A stretch of 64,000 nucleotides of DNA, from contig JAQGDQ010000734.1 in the NCBI GenBank assembly GCA_030141605.1, positions 1-64,000 on the forward strand, given 5' to 3'. Made by a program: the position numbers and the translations under genes. Positions 29,075-41,111 of the stretch are shown here, in pieces. The notes under the pieces were generated by a model that worked only from the letters and a program-made list of their open reading frames with translations, had not been told where the DNA came from and did no database searches. Positions within the stretch are counted from its first letter, which is position 1, and each line of letters starts with the position of its first letter. Source of the stretch: Tubiluchus corallicola (taxonomy: Eukaryota > Animalia > Priapulida).

Positions 29075-29650
29075 AAGTTGTGTCACTTGTGTACGGTTTT
29101 TGCACACGAGTCGTGTCACTTGTGTACGGATTGCAATTGCTACCCGTTGATGACACGGGTTCGACACAAGTCGTGTCACTTGTGTAAGGATTGCCGTGTC
29201 ACTTGTGTACGTCGTGTCACTTGTGTACGGATTGTCGAGTCACTTGTGTACGGATTGCCGTGTCACTTGTGTACGGATTGTCGTGTCACTTGTGTACGGA
29301 TTGCCGTGTCACTTGTGTACGGATTGCCGTGTCACTTGTGTACGGATTGTCGTGTCACTTGTGTACGGATTGCCGTGTCACTTGTGTACGGATTGTCGTG
29401 TCACTTGTGTACGGATTGCCGTGTCACTTGTGTACGGATTGCCGTGTCACTTGTGTACGGATTGTCGAGTCACTTGTGTACGGATTGCCGTGTCACTTGT
29501 GTACGGATTGCCGTGTCACTTGTGTACGGATTGTCGTGTCACTTGTGTACGGATTGCCGTGTCACTTGTGTACGGATTGCCGTGTCACTTGTGTACGGAT
29601 TGCACGTCACTTGTGTACGAATTGCCGTTTCACTTGTGTACGGATTGCAC
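29075..29650. repeat. 23-bp minisatellite
   Basis: cgtgtcacttgtgtacggattgc/t. Confidence 0.96.
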
Positions 29651-31953
29651 TCAAATGACCGAGGTTTTCTGCTTGAATTGCAAATAGCTGAGGTGTTGTG
29701 AGATTTTTTGTATTCATTTCACAAAAAATAAAGTTTTTACTATTGCTACCGTACATACCATTGCATTTATCAATTTCAATGCAGTTTTACAAAGATTATC
29801 AGATGGGACACCAAAACCTTCACTTTGCCAGAATCAGCATACGAATGTAGACTGAAATTTGGTTCAAAAGCAAAGTCAGGTATCAAGTTGCAGTCAGTCA
29901 GTGGTTGATTCTGCAATTCGTAAACGCAGTTTTACTCTAAAATGCAGCCTGTGTAAAGTTCTACCAATCCAAATTTTTCAAAGTCATTACAATGTGTAGC
30001 ATTATATTTGGAGGTAAGGTGAACCCAAACTTTCAAGAAAGTACGTTACTCTGAGAAGCAAAACCCAATATTAGCGACTAAAATTTAAAGTTGAACAGTC
30101 CTATCTTGCTAGGAAATTGACTTGAGTCCATGACTGTTGCCAGATCTCTTCTATTCTCTGCATAAATCTCACTCAGAACAGTGTTTAAAGGGATACCAAC
30201 TTGTAGTGGTTCCTCTTCTTTAACAGTAGATGTCACTACCGTATTCACCTGCTAGTGACTACACTCTTCGCTGGTGCTAAAATTGCTGAAATTTGCTAAA
30301 ATTGACAGAAAATTATGGACGTTTTCGGGCAAGGCTTTCTTTGCCCATCTAAATGTCGATTGTTTAATGTTAATTTGATAATCATGCTGAGTGCGCTCCA
30401 ATTCTGGTGTGGAATTTACTAAATAAAGTAAAATAAAAATAAAAGTTAAAATGAAATAAGTTAAAAATAAAATAAATTTAAAATAAAGTTCATTAATGTT
30501 TACCTAATAAAGTAAATTGAGTAATAATGTGAAGTATTACATGGAAAAATAGTTGACTAAGGTAAAGTGTATCTGTAATTACCTTCACCTGCTTGTATTA
30601 AGTCACCTGCTCACCTGCGTTTTTTCTCTGATGCTAATTATCAAGGAAATGAGAAACAATGCAGCCGTGCGTACTGAGGAATGATTACGATACAGGAAGT
30701 CGTGCTTCCTGAAATTCCCCTCATCACATTGCACGTGCAGCTTTGTTATCCATGGTTTCCAGGCTGTTGAACCAAGGTGTTGTATTGATTTTGTAATGTG
30801 GCTGTTTGAGGCAGCTGTATTGCTGACCGACTGACTAGCGTCTGCCTGGGTCACGTGACCTGCTGATGGCAGACGGGATTACAGTAAATCACCTGCTATA
30901 ATTAATCTGTTTGACATTAATAGCTGAATCGTAGTAGTACTTAAGCTGGGTGAAATCTTGTGGGTGAAAGCTTAATGAAAACAGGGGTGGGAACACTGGG
31001 CGGGAAATCTTTTCCTGGGGCACTTCACACATAAAGCACTGGGTTGGGCTTGTACTAAATTTATTTGGAATAATTATTACAATCAGTGACTAAAATTTAA
31101 TGCTGTTTTTGTTGTTTTTCATTTTCATTTTTTCTTTGGTTTGTTTGTTTGTCTGCGGATTTTCCTCTTTATAACAATCCTTCAGATCATTTGCAGCCAT
31201 TTATCAAGTAAAGTGTTATTTGTTTGTTTGTTTGTTTATAATCATCAATATCTGTACATCATTCATTCATCCATCCATTCATTCACTCATTCATTCATTC
31301 ACTCGTTCATTCGTTTAGTCATTCATTCATTCATTCATTCGTTTATTCTTTCATTCATTCACTAATTCATTCATTCATTCAATCGTTCATTCATTCATGC
31401 TTTCTTTTATTTGCACTGTTCAGAAGTATCGCGCACCATCCAAAGCGAGTGAACAACATGTCAGCTGAAACAAATGATTTTCTAAGCATAACTTCGCGAC
31501 ATTTCGTATGTGTATCGTGGCTTTCCGTAAGCGTGCATTGCTTAAAATAATTCAAATTTCTGCAGCTTATCTAATTTTCATGCAAAAGCATCACAAAATT
31601 ACCCATCTAGTTTTAAGCTAAAACTCATTAAACTTTTGAAGGAAATTGACAGCGTCCTGCAGGCGTTTCTTCAATTGTTGGATGACGTCATTGGTGGAAG
31701 ATTAAGTGTTCAAAATGGGAGCCCCAAACGTGAAATGATTTCAATTTTAAAGTGATTTTACTAAATACATGAGGCGCTTATCACACTTAAACTAAATCCT
31801 TCTAACATTTTTCACGAACATTGAAATAAGCCTAACTTTTCTTCAATAATCAGTTCAGAACAGAAAACAAAAACATTGTGAAGAAATAACTTTATTGTTT
31901 GTATTTAGTGTTAAACTGTCTTGTTTACTGATTAAAGTTTGTTTTTCTTTCAG

Positions 31954-32071
31954 TATCAACGCCTCCAAGTTTATTAAATCAATCAGAACAAGATGTTATC
32001 ATAAGAGATAGATTACAATGGAGTTTAACGTGTGAGGGAATGGGATCTAGTACACCCCAAAACAAGTTAAA
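31954..32071 (+). CDS. Nrg: Neuroglian-like exon 2 (Ig1 N-half)
   Basis: tttctttcag| VSTPPSLLNQSEQDVIIRDRLQWSLTCEGMGSSTPQNKL |gtaagt; phases 1-2. Confidence 0.85.
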
Positions 32072-32176
32072 GTAAGTAAAGAGTATGTCAGCAGTAGGAT
32101 GTGATCTAACACAACCGTGGAAAAAGCAGAGATGTATGTAGTTAACATTTAAAATTTGAAGCAGAAAAATTTTGAG

Positions 32177-33485
32177 AATGAAAGTCAGTGTTAGATTGTC
32201 AACCCTTTCTGTAATGAAGGTGAAAGTCAGTGTTAGATTGTCAACCCTTTATGTAATGAACGTGAAAGTTAGTGTTAGATTGTCAACCCTTTCTGTAATG
32301 AATGTGAAAGTCAGTGTTAGATTGTCAACCCTTTCTGTAATGAACGTGAAAGTTAGTATTAGATTGTCAGCCCTTTCTGTAATGAACGTGAAAGTTAGTG
32401 TTAGATTGTCAACCCTTTCTGTAATGAACGTGAAAGTTAGTATTAGATTGTCAGCCCTTTCTGTAATGAACGTGAAAGTTAGTGTTAAATTGTCAACCCT
32501 TTCTGTAATGAACGTGAAAGTCAGTGTTAGATTGTCAACCCTTTCTGTAATGAACGTGAAAGTTAGTATTAGATTGTCAGCCCTTTCTGTAATGAACGTG
32601 AAAGTTAGTGTTAAATTGTCAACCCTTTCTGTAATGAACGTGAAAGTCAGTGTTAGATTGTCAACCCTTTCTGTAATGAACGTGAAAGTTAGTGTTAGAT
32701 TGTCAACCCTTTCTGTAATGAACGTGAAAGTTAGTGTTAGATTGTCAACCCTTTCTGTAATGAACGTGAAAGTTAGTGTTAGATTGTCAACCCTTTCTGT
32801 AATGAATGTAAAAGTTAGTGTTAGATTGTCAACCCTTTCTGTAATGAACGTGAAAGTTAGTGTTAGATTGTCAACCCTTTCTGTAATGAATGTAAAAGTT
32901 AGTGTTAGATTGTCAACCCTTTCTGTAATGAACGTGAAAGTTAGTGTTAGATTGTCAACCCTTTCTGTAATGAAGGTGAAAGTCAGTGTTAGATTGTCAA
33001 CCCTTTCTGTAATGAAGGTGAAAGTCATTGTTAGATTGTCAGCCCTTTCTGTAATGAACGTGAAAGTTAGTGTTAGATTGTCAACCCTTTCTGTAATGAA
33101 CGTGAAAGTGAGTGTTAGATTGTCAACCCTTTCTGTAATGAATGTAAAAGTTAGTGTTAGATTGTCAACCCTTTCTGTAATGAACGTGAAAGTTAGTGTT
33201 AGATTGTCAACCCTTTCTGGAATGAAGGTGAAAGTCAGTGTTAGATTGTCAACCCTTTCTGTAATGAAGGTGAAAGTCATTGTTAGATTGTCAGCTCTTT
33301 CTGTAATGAACGTGAAAGTTAGTGTTAGATCGTCTACCCTTTCTGTAATGAACGTGAAAGTTAGTGTTAGATCGTCAACCCTTTCTGTAATGAACGTGAA
33401 AGTCAGTGTTAGATTGTCAACCCTTTCTGTAATAAACGTGAAAGTTAGTGTTAGATCGTCAACCCTTTCTGTAGTGAACGTGAAA
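32177..33485. repeat. 42-bp minisatellite, about 31 copies
   Basis: aatgaacgtgaaagttagtgttagattgtcaaccctttctgt. Confidence 0.97.
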
Positions 33486-34282
33486 ATTATTGCTGTATTT
33501 GTTTTGAGTCTGCAATTTTATTGAAAAAATATTTAAAAATTTAATTGGCGTCGAGGAAAACAAATTCTTAAATTGAAAATAACAGTCAGCTTAACAAAAG
33601 ACATGGCAAACTAAGTCGTAACAGCCAGCACCAACTTAATTTTACTTTTTTATTTTATTACAAAGACACCAAACAACAATACAATATAGCAAAATACATT
33701 ATGATAACATGGTGTACATAGTTACGCTAATTTCCTAATAAAATCGACGTGGCATGATATTTATGTAAATTGTTGCTTGCATTATATTCAGAAGCATTAC
33801 TTGTGTGACTATAATAAGCAAAGACATGGCTGTTATTACTTGGGAAACTGATTGGCGATAGGGAAACCAAATTCTTAAATCGTCTTTGTTTACCATGCCT
33901 TTGCTTAAGTCCATGCTGGCTGTTATTTTCATTTTAAGAATTTGTTTTCCCCTTCACCAACCAAATATTTATTTATTTTTCCATAAAATTACAAAGTCAA
34001 AAAGGATGTTGCAATAACTTTCACTTTTACTTTCATTTCACAATGTTGTTTACAAAAAAATTGTTATAAATTTTAAATTATCTCATCATCACTTTGTTGT
34101 TATTATTATTTGTTATTACTGTGATAACTTTGCTGTGAAATAGAAAGTTATATTTTCACCTGCAACATTATTTTCTATTTTTTATTTTTCGTGCAACAAC
34201 TTAGAACTGTTGAGATTCTTAAATCATGCTTCTTTTTCTACTCGTCAATACAAGCTAATTGGTTTTATTTTCACGTGAACAG

Positions 34283-34464
34283 ATTTAGGTGGAAAAAAGA
34301 TGGCGCTTATTACAAGAAAGATAAACGACGGGTATACCAGTCGGACAGTTCCGGGCAGTTAGTATTTACGCTAGCCATGAAAGAGGACGCAGGCGAGTGG
34401 CAGTGTGAAGTGTCAAACGGTCGTGGTACTGCCGTGTCACAAATAGCTGTGGTCAAATTTGGCT
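34283..34464 (+). CDS. Nrg: Neuroglian-like exon 3 (Ig1 C-half)
   Basis: FRWKKDG...GQLVF...EDAGEWQCEVSNGRGTAVS Ig motif; ag/gtaagt; phases 2-1. Confidence 0.92.
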
Positions 34465-34597
34465 GTAAGTATCTTTGCTGTAAATAGATTAGATTCGGAG
34501 CACTTCTGAATTTGCTTGCACATGCGTAATGTGAATTTGTGTATATAATTGTAGAACGTGTACACATGTGCACGCGTGTATTATTGCAAGAGTGTGG

Positions 34598-35030
34598 AAG
34601 GGTTGCCAGATACATAAAGCAAACAATAGCTGATTAGTTGATGAAAACTACTGTCTTGGCAATCCAATGAATGTCTGTGGTAGGGTTGCCAGAGTAAACA
34701 AAACCTAATTTGTTGATTAGCGTCAGCTGATTTGTTGATAAAAACTACTGACTTGGCAATCCAATGAACGCCTGTGGTAGGGTTGCCAGATATATGGAGT
34801 AAACAAAACCTGATTTGTTGATTAGCGTCAGCTGATTTGTTGATAAAAACTACTGACTTGGCAATCCACTGTTTGTGGTAGGGTTGCCAGATATGTATGG
34901 TTAACGAAAGCTGATTAGTTGATAAAAATTACTGACTTGGCAATTCACTGAACACTGTGTGGTTGGGTTGCCAGATATGTGGAGTAAACAATAGCTGTTT
35001 GGTTGTTGAAAACTACCTGGCAATCCACTA
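34598..35030. repeat. Degenerate 80-100-bp tandem units bounded by GGGTTGCCA...TGGCAATCC
   Basis: About 5 units, each with short inverted termini. Confidence 0.75.
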
Positions 35031-35236
35031 AACACCATTCTCTGTATTGCTCGGGACTAACATGATAAGAAAGCGACATTTTAGCTGAAATAGCCACCAA
35101 CATTTCTTGTGTTTTTTTGCGTTTATGAGGATTAGAAGTGACAAAATTAGCAGTTTCCATTTTTGCAATTTTGCCTTTAATCTTACTTATTTTGTGTTGT
35201 AATTGCTTTTTCTTCGCTGTTTAATGAATTCTTATA

Positions 35237-35730
35237 CAGTGCACACTCGTTACAAGAATCACACGTATAAGAATCAGCTCGATATAAGAATCAACATCGC
35301 GTTTCCCGAATTGATTCGGCATTTTCCTAGTGAAAATCCGCTTGTATAAGAATCACCCTTCTTTCGATAGTAGAATCAATTTTGGCGCCAACTCCATTGT
35401 CTCTCACGCCCTGCTTACAAGGTTCTGCGCAGTGGGCGTGGCGGAAAAAAATTATGTGCTTTAAAAAAATTTTAAGGCAATTCTGGCATCATGAAATATT
35501 TACCCAACCATGAAATGAAAACATTAGTCTAGTAGTTTTTAGGTCCTTTTTAGGCCAGAAAAACATTATGCTGTTTCATGTCGTTTCTAGCGTAATTTCG
35601 GGAAATAAATAATTTTTATGTGCATAAAAATTTTTTAAAGCAATTCTGGGTCATGCTCGTTATAAGAATCGCTTGTTATAAGAATCACTTTGTCTTCTCC
35701 CGAGGTGATTCTTATAACGAGAGTCCACTG
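35237..35730. mobile_element. Tc1/mariner (pogo/Tigger-like) MITE
   Basis: 26-bp TIRs CAGTGCACACTCGTTACAAGAATCAC / GTGATTCTTATAACGAGAGTCCACTG (3 mismatches), TA on both sides, internal TATAAGAATC subrepeats. Confidence 0.88.
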
Positions 35731-35812
35731 TATTCTCACAATAAATTTCAGATACTAAATTGACTTTAGATTTTGTCATTTTTTTGTGACTGGGCTGTCG
35801 ATGCGACTGTTC

Positions 35813-36105
35813 TGCTATTAACGGCTGTTGTTCTTGTTGTTGTTTACAGCTATTAACGGCTGTTGTTGTTGTTGTTGTTTACAGCTATTAGCGGCTGTTG
35901 TTCTTGTTGTTGTTTACAGCTATTAACGGCTGTTGTTCTTGTTGTTGTTTACAGCTATTAACGGCTGTTGTTCTTGTTGTTGTTTACAGCTATTAACGGC
36001 TGTTGTTCTTGTTGTTGTTTACAACGGCTGTTGTTGTTGTTGTTGTTTACAGCTATTAACGGCTGTTGTTCTTGTTGTTGTTTACAGCTATTAACGGCTG
36101 TTGTT
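35813..36105. repeat. 35-bp minisatellite containing the exon 4 acceptor motif
   Basis: gctattaacggctgttgttcttgttgttgtttaca; also at 37100-37205. Confidence 0.93.
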
Positions 36106-36945
36106 GTTTGCGGGTTTTCCTCGTTATAACAATCCTTCAGGTCATTTGCAGCCATTTATCAAGTAAAGTGTTGTTTGTTTGTTTGTTTATAATCATCAAT
36201 ATCTGTACATCATTCATTCATCCATTCATTCACTCATTCATTCAATCATTCGTTCATTCGTTTAGTCATTCATTCATTCATTCATTCGTTTATTCTTTCA
36301 TTCATTCACTAATTCATTCATTCATTCAATCGTTCATTCATTCATGCTTTCTTTTATATGCACTGTTCAGAAGTATCGCGCACCATCCAAAGCGAGTGAA
36401 CAACATGTCAGCTGAAACAAATGATTTTCTAAGCATAACTTCGTGACATTTCGTATGTGTATCGTGGCTTTCCGTAAGCGTGCATTGCTTAAAATAATTC
36501 AAATTTCTGCAGCTTATCTAATTTTCATGCAAAAGCATCACAAAATTACCCATCTAGTTTTAAGCTAAAACTCATTAAACTTTTGAAGGAAATTGACAGC
36601 GTCCTGCAGGCGTTTCTTCAATTGTTGGATGACGTCATTGGTGGAAGATTAAGTGTTCAAAATGGGAGCCCCAAACGTGAAATGATTTCAATTTTAAAGT
36701 GATTTTACTAAATACATGAGGCGCTTATCACACTTAAACTAAATCCTTCTAACATTTTTCACGAACATTGAAATAAGCCTAACTTTTCTTCAATAATCAG
36801 TTCAGAACAGAAAACAAAAACATTGTGAAGAAATAACTTTATTGTTTGTATTTAGTGTTAAACTGTCTTGTTTACTGATTAAAGTTTGTTTTTCTTTCAG
36901 TATCAACGCCTCCAAGTTTATTAAATCAATCAGAACAAGATGTTA
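36105..36945 (+). repeat. Duplicate of about 31150-31998, including the exon 2 acceptor and first 45 nt
   Basis: Near-identical sequence over about 840 bp. Confidence 0.95.
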
Positions 36946-36949
36946 ACAC

Positions 36950-37200
36950 AAGAATCGCTTGTTATAAGAATCACTTTGTCTTCTCCCGAGGTGATTCTTA
37001 TAACGAGAGTCCACTGTATTCTCACAATAAATTTCAGATACTAAATTGACTTTAGATTTTGTCATTTTTTTGTGACTGGGCTGTCGATGCGACTGTTCTG
37101 CTATTAACGGCTGTTGTTCTTGTTGTTGTTTACAGCTATTAACGGCTGTTGTTGTTGTTGTTTACAGCTATTAATGGATGTTGTTCTTGTTGTTTTTACA
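36950..37200 (+). repeat. Duplicate of 35664 onward (MITE right end, flank, 35-bp repeat)
   Basis: Identical from aagaatcgcttgttataag through gctattaacggctgttg. Confidence 0.93.
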
Positions 37201-37201
37201 G

Positions 37202-37308
37202 CTATTGGTGACTTTCCTCCCGCGGAAAAAAAGGAGTACGTGGGTGAGAAGGGGGACCCATTTAAGCTCGAGTGCGGAGACGTACCAGAAAGCATTCCTC
37301 AGGCACAG
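37202..37308 (+). CDS. Nrg: Neuroglian-like exon 4 (Ig2 N-half)
   Basis: SIGDFPPAEKKEYVGEKGDPFKLECGDVPESIPQAQ; tttacag/gtaagc; phases 1-0. Confidence 0.9.
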
Positions 37309-37713
37309 GTAAGCAATATTACTGCAGGTAACTTTCCTCAGATGTCTTCCAGGCACAGGTAAGCAATATTACTGCGGGTAACTTTCCTCCTCAGGTGTCT
37401 TCCAGGCACAGGTAAGCAATATTACTGCAGGTAACTTTCCTCCTCAGATGTCTTCCAGGCACAGGTAAGCAATATTACTGCGGGTAACTTTCCTCCTCAG
37501 ATGTCTTCCAGGCACAGGTAAGCAATATTACTGCAGGTAACTTTCCTCCTCAGATGTCTTCCAGGCACAGGTAAGCAATATTACTGCGGGTAACTTTCCT
37601 CCTCAGATGTCTTCCAGGCACAGGTAAGCAATATTACTGCAGGTAACTTTCCTCCTCAGATGTCTTCTAGGCACATGTAAGCAATATTACTGCAGGTAAC
37701 TTTCCTCCTCAGG
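37296..37713. repeat. 53-bp minisatellite containing the exon 4 donor
   Basis: caggtaagc at 37306, 37356, 37409, 37462, 37515, 37568, 37621, with a variant near 37674. Confidence 0.95.
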
Positions 37714-38477
37714 CTATCACACTCTTATTGCTAAATCTTAACATTGTTCCCGAACATAGAAATAAGTATAGAAGGCGCAGTTTTATGAAATAACTTCCCC
37801 GAAGGTTTGGCCTTCACTTTAAAATAAGTTAATGTCTCTGTTTATTTTTAAAACGTTACATTCAAGTTCATTAACAGCACCACAGCTATTAAACTTGCTG
37901 CTTCGTTAAACACGAAATTAATGAGGTAATTAAAGAAAGTGCTTTGCGCTAATGTCTGGAATATTCTCCAGTCACAATAGATCATTAATTAAATTTACAC
38001 TTTGTGCAATGAAAGTTTATTAAAAATTTTACGGCTGCTTTATCGTATTCATTGCTGCATTAATAATTCATTTCAGCATTTTAAAACTTTACTTAAATTC
38101 AGTTGTGATTGGTTAAATTCATTATCTGCATGTACATATTCATGTAGGCAGAATATTTTACTTAAACTACGTCATTGTGATCTTGGCGACAACTTTCATT
38201 TGTTTCAACCAGATGACCTGCTGATTAAGGTCACTTTCTTAACCTCCCGATTGTGAAATGGTAAATTTAAATGTTTTGTAACTGGAAGATGGTTAACTCT
38301 TGTGTTTCTTTTTATTTTATATTTTATTTTATTGCACCAGGTAATTTAAAACACACATAAAACTACCTATAGGTTTGTCTAAAATAGTTTAGCGAGTATA
38401 CATTAAGAGAGAATTTCTAACTCTAATTGGTAAGAATAACAGGCCTTCAATTAATTAGCTACATGGTATAGGGACAT

Positions 38478-38950
38478 AGTATTTGCTGCACATGTTTTGA
38501 GTTACAAAGCTTGTACAAGTTTGTTGTATTTGCTGCACATGTTTTGAGTTACAAAGCTTGTACAAGTTTGTTGTATTTGCTGCACATGTTTTGAGTTACA
38601 AAGCTTGTACAAGTTTGTTGTATTTGCTGCACATGGTTTGAGTTACAAAGCTTGTACAAGTTTGTTGTATTTGCTGCACATGTTTTGAGTTACAAACTTG
38701 TACAAGTTTGTTGTATTTGCTGCACATGTTTTGAGTTACAAAGCTTGTACAAGTTTGTTGTATTTGCTGCACATGTTTTGAGTTACAAAGCTTGTACAAG
38801 TTTGTTGTATTTGCTGCACTTGTTTTGAGTTACAAAGCTTGTACAAGTTTGTTGTATTTGCTGCACATGTTTTGAGTTACAAAGCTTGTACAAGTTTGTT
38901 GTATTTGCTGCACATGTTTTGAGTTACAAAGCTTGTACAAGTTTGTTGTT
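38478..38950. repeat. 47-bp minisatellite, about 10 copies
   Basis: gtatttgctgcacatgttttgagttacaaagcttgtacaagtttgtt. Confidence 0.96.
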
Positions 38951-39081
38951 TATCAAAGCATTGATTGGAGAAGATTTTATGGTGGACTCATGAATTGCTT
39001 GTCTTGTCACAGCATATCCATTCTGCTGACAACTCTCTATTATCGGGGAAACTTAATTATTATTTTTTTTTTTCATTTGGG

Positions 39082-39560
39082 ATCTTCTTCTTCTTCTTCC
39101 CAGCTTTTCCCTATGCGTGGTCACGCATTCCTGTTGTTGACCATCTCTTCATTTATATCTTCAATTCCCACATGATCTTCACCGACTCTTCTTTTCAGGT
39201 GTCCATACCATCGCAATCTTGTGAGGCTTCCACTACTTTCACTGTTCCTCTGATATTATTATTTCTAATTTTATCTCTTCTTGTTATTCCCACCATCCAT
39301 CTCAACATCCTCATCTCCACCACACCCATTTTCTTCTCTTCGGTCTTCTTTAGAGAAGCTGCTTCCAGCCCATAGATTAGAGCGGGTCTGACCACTTCTT
39401 TGTGGACTTTTCCTTTAAGTCTCACCGACTCATTCATAGAAGGTTTTGGCACAGTTTTTACAGGTGGATGCCCTTCCTGACCCTAACCCTCCCTATTTAT
39501 CTGAACTTGGGACCGGCACTGAGTTGGGCTGGCTTGCCCCCCCCCCAGTGGCTAGGTTTT
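39082..39560 (-). mobile_element. RTE-clade LINE, internally deleted copy of the same family
   Basis: Near-identical blocks to 14449-14750; KGKVHKEVVRPALIYGLE...EMRMLRWM; (GAA)n tail. Confidence 0.85.
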
Positions 39561-40489
39561 TTTTTCATTTGAGATCATTTATGAAATACATTTTTAGGAA
39601 GGAAAATGGCAGCAGACACATTGCACTTATATTTGCCATACAATACAATATTAAAATGGAGAGACACTACATTCATTAAAGAAAAACTAGCTTACATAAA
39701 ACAATTAAAATGGCAGTAGCGTAAAAACTTGCTGCTTGTTAGTCTGCTGTTGATTAAACCACGTCATAATTAAGATCATTCTAGATGCGGACTACTTTAT
39801 TTACGAACGAATATCTGTATACACGTAATCTATAATAATTATGTTTGAACAATTTGTAATTGTGACCACAAATTTTGGATAGGAGGACAACATAAGAAAT
39901 CATCAAATGACAAATCTACTAATTTATAGCATGTTAACAATTTTATAAACAATAAGATTAAGATGAAGAAGATAACCAACTTAAACAAAGACAAAACTTT
40001 TTGTTTCGCACACACTTCTGCAACATTTCAACCATAACCTAGTCATGATCACAGAGTATTACCAACTAAAGCTGTAATGTACAAAATTAATAATTAGGTT
40101 CAAAAACCCAATAATGAAGAGCAAACAAAATTTTACTATTCAAAAAATTGTTTTGTTTGCTTTTCATAATGTGGATTTTTGAAGCTGAACATTCATTTTC
40201 ATACATTATGTTTTCGTTTGGTAGAATTGCATAATCATGATGACATTATGGCTGAAACACTACAGATGACTGTGTTGAAATAAATATCCATGTCTTTGCT
40301 TAAGTGGGTGCTTGCTGTCATTTTCATCTCATAAATTCTTAATGTTTATTTACCAGAACCGTGCTATGTATTCTTGAGCTTCAGTTGGCTTGAAAATATA
40401 AGATTTGTTGCTGCTAGATTTTAATGTCCGAAAAATTGTTTGCTGTTTGATAACTTGAAGAGGATAATTAAATACTACGTTTTGTTCAG

Positions 40490-40712
40490 ATCATGTGGAC
40501 CGTCGGAGCGGAGGCGGGTAATCTAGATACGCTGCCGGATTCCGTACGGGAGGACAAACGAGTGGCCTACGACGGAAAGGGCAACCTTTACTTCAGTTAC
40601 TTGATTGCGGAAGATATGATGGGAGGTCAAAGTTACGCGTGCACGCTGTACTCACGATGGTTGAATACGCTGAAGATTGGTTCTGCTCACCGATTAAGAG
40701 TTTCCAATGCAG
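40490..40712 (+). CDS. Nrg: Neuroglian-like exon 5 (Ig2 C-half)
   Basis: IMW...DKRVAYDGKGNLYFSYL...YAC, typical L1 Ig2 GNLYFS motif; phases 0-1. Confidence 0.93.
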
Positions 40713-41111
40713 GTTAGTATGTCAATTTATTTAAATTTTATGAAAGAATGTTAAATGATTTATCAGTTTATGAGAGTAGCATCTATCCTAAAGCAGTACT
40801 CTTACTTGTGAAATATATTAGTAAGTGATTGTAAATGTCTAAACATCTGTTTGTCGACTGCAGATAATAGCTTATTTGCTAGTGTTTCTGAGTTAGTGTA
40901 AGTTAACTAATTATTGTCGTAACATTTTTTGCTACAATGTTTTATTGCAATATGCTTTGGAAACCATTTTTATAGGAAGAATGATTAGTCGTATGTGCTT
41001 AATACTTAATTTTGTGATGAATTTTTTGTGTTATCAGGTTTTTTGCAAAATCGCTTTAGTCTTTTGCAATTTCTAGCAAAGCGTTTTAGTAGTAAATCTA
41101 TCCTAGTTTTA

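Noticed and set aside
29078-29701. Cys/His-rich ORFs resembling zinc fingers or metallothionein
   Set aside because: A 23-bp repeat gives the same peptide in all three frames
30850-30859. GTCACGTGAC E-box palindrome (also near 25157)
   Set aside because: Short motif with no supporting evidence of regulatory function
32172-33524. 450-aa and 343-aa ORFs on both strands
   Set aside because: 42-bp satellite, open on both strands, intronic
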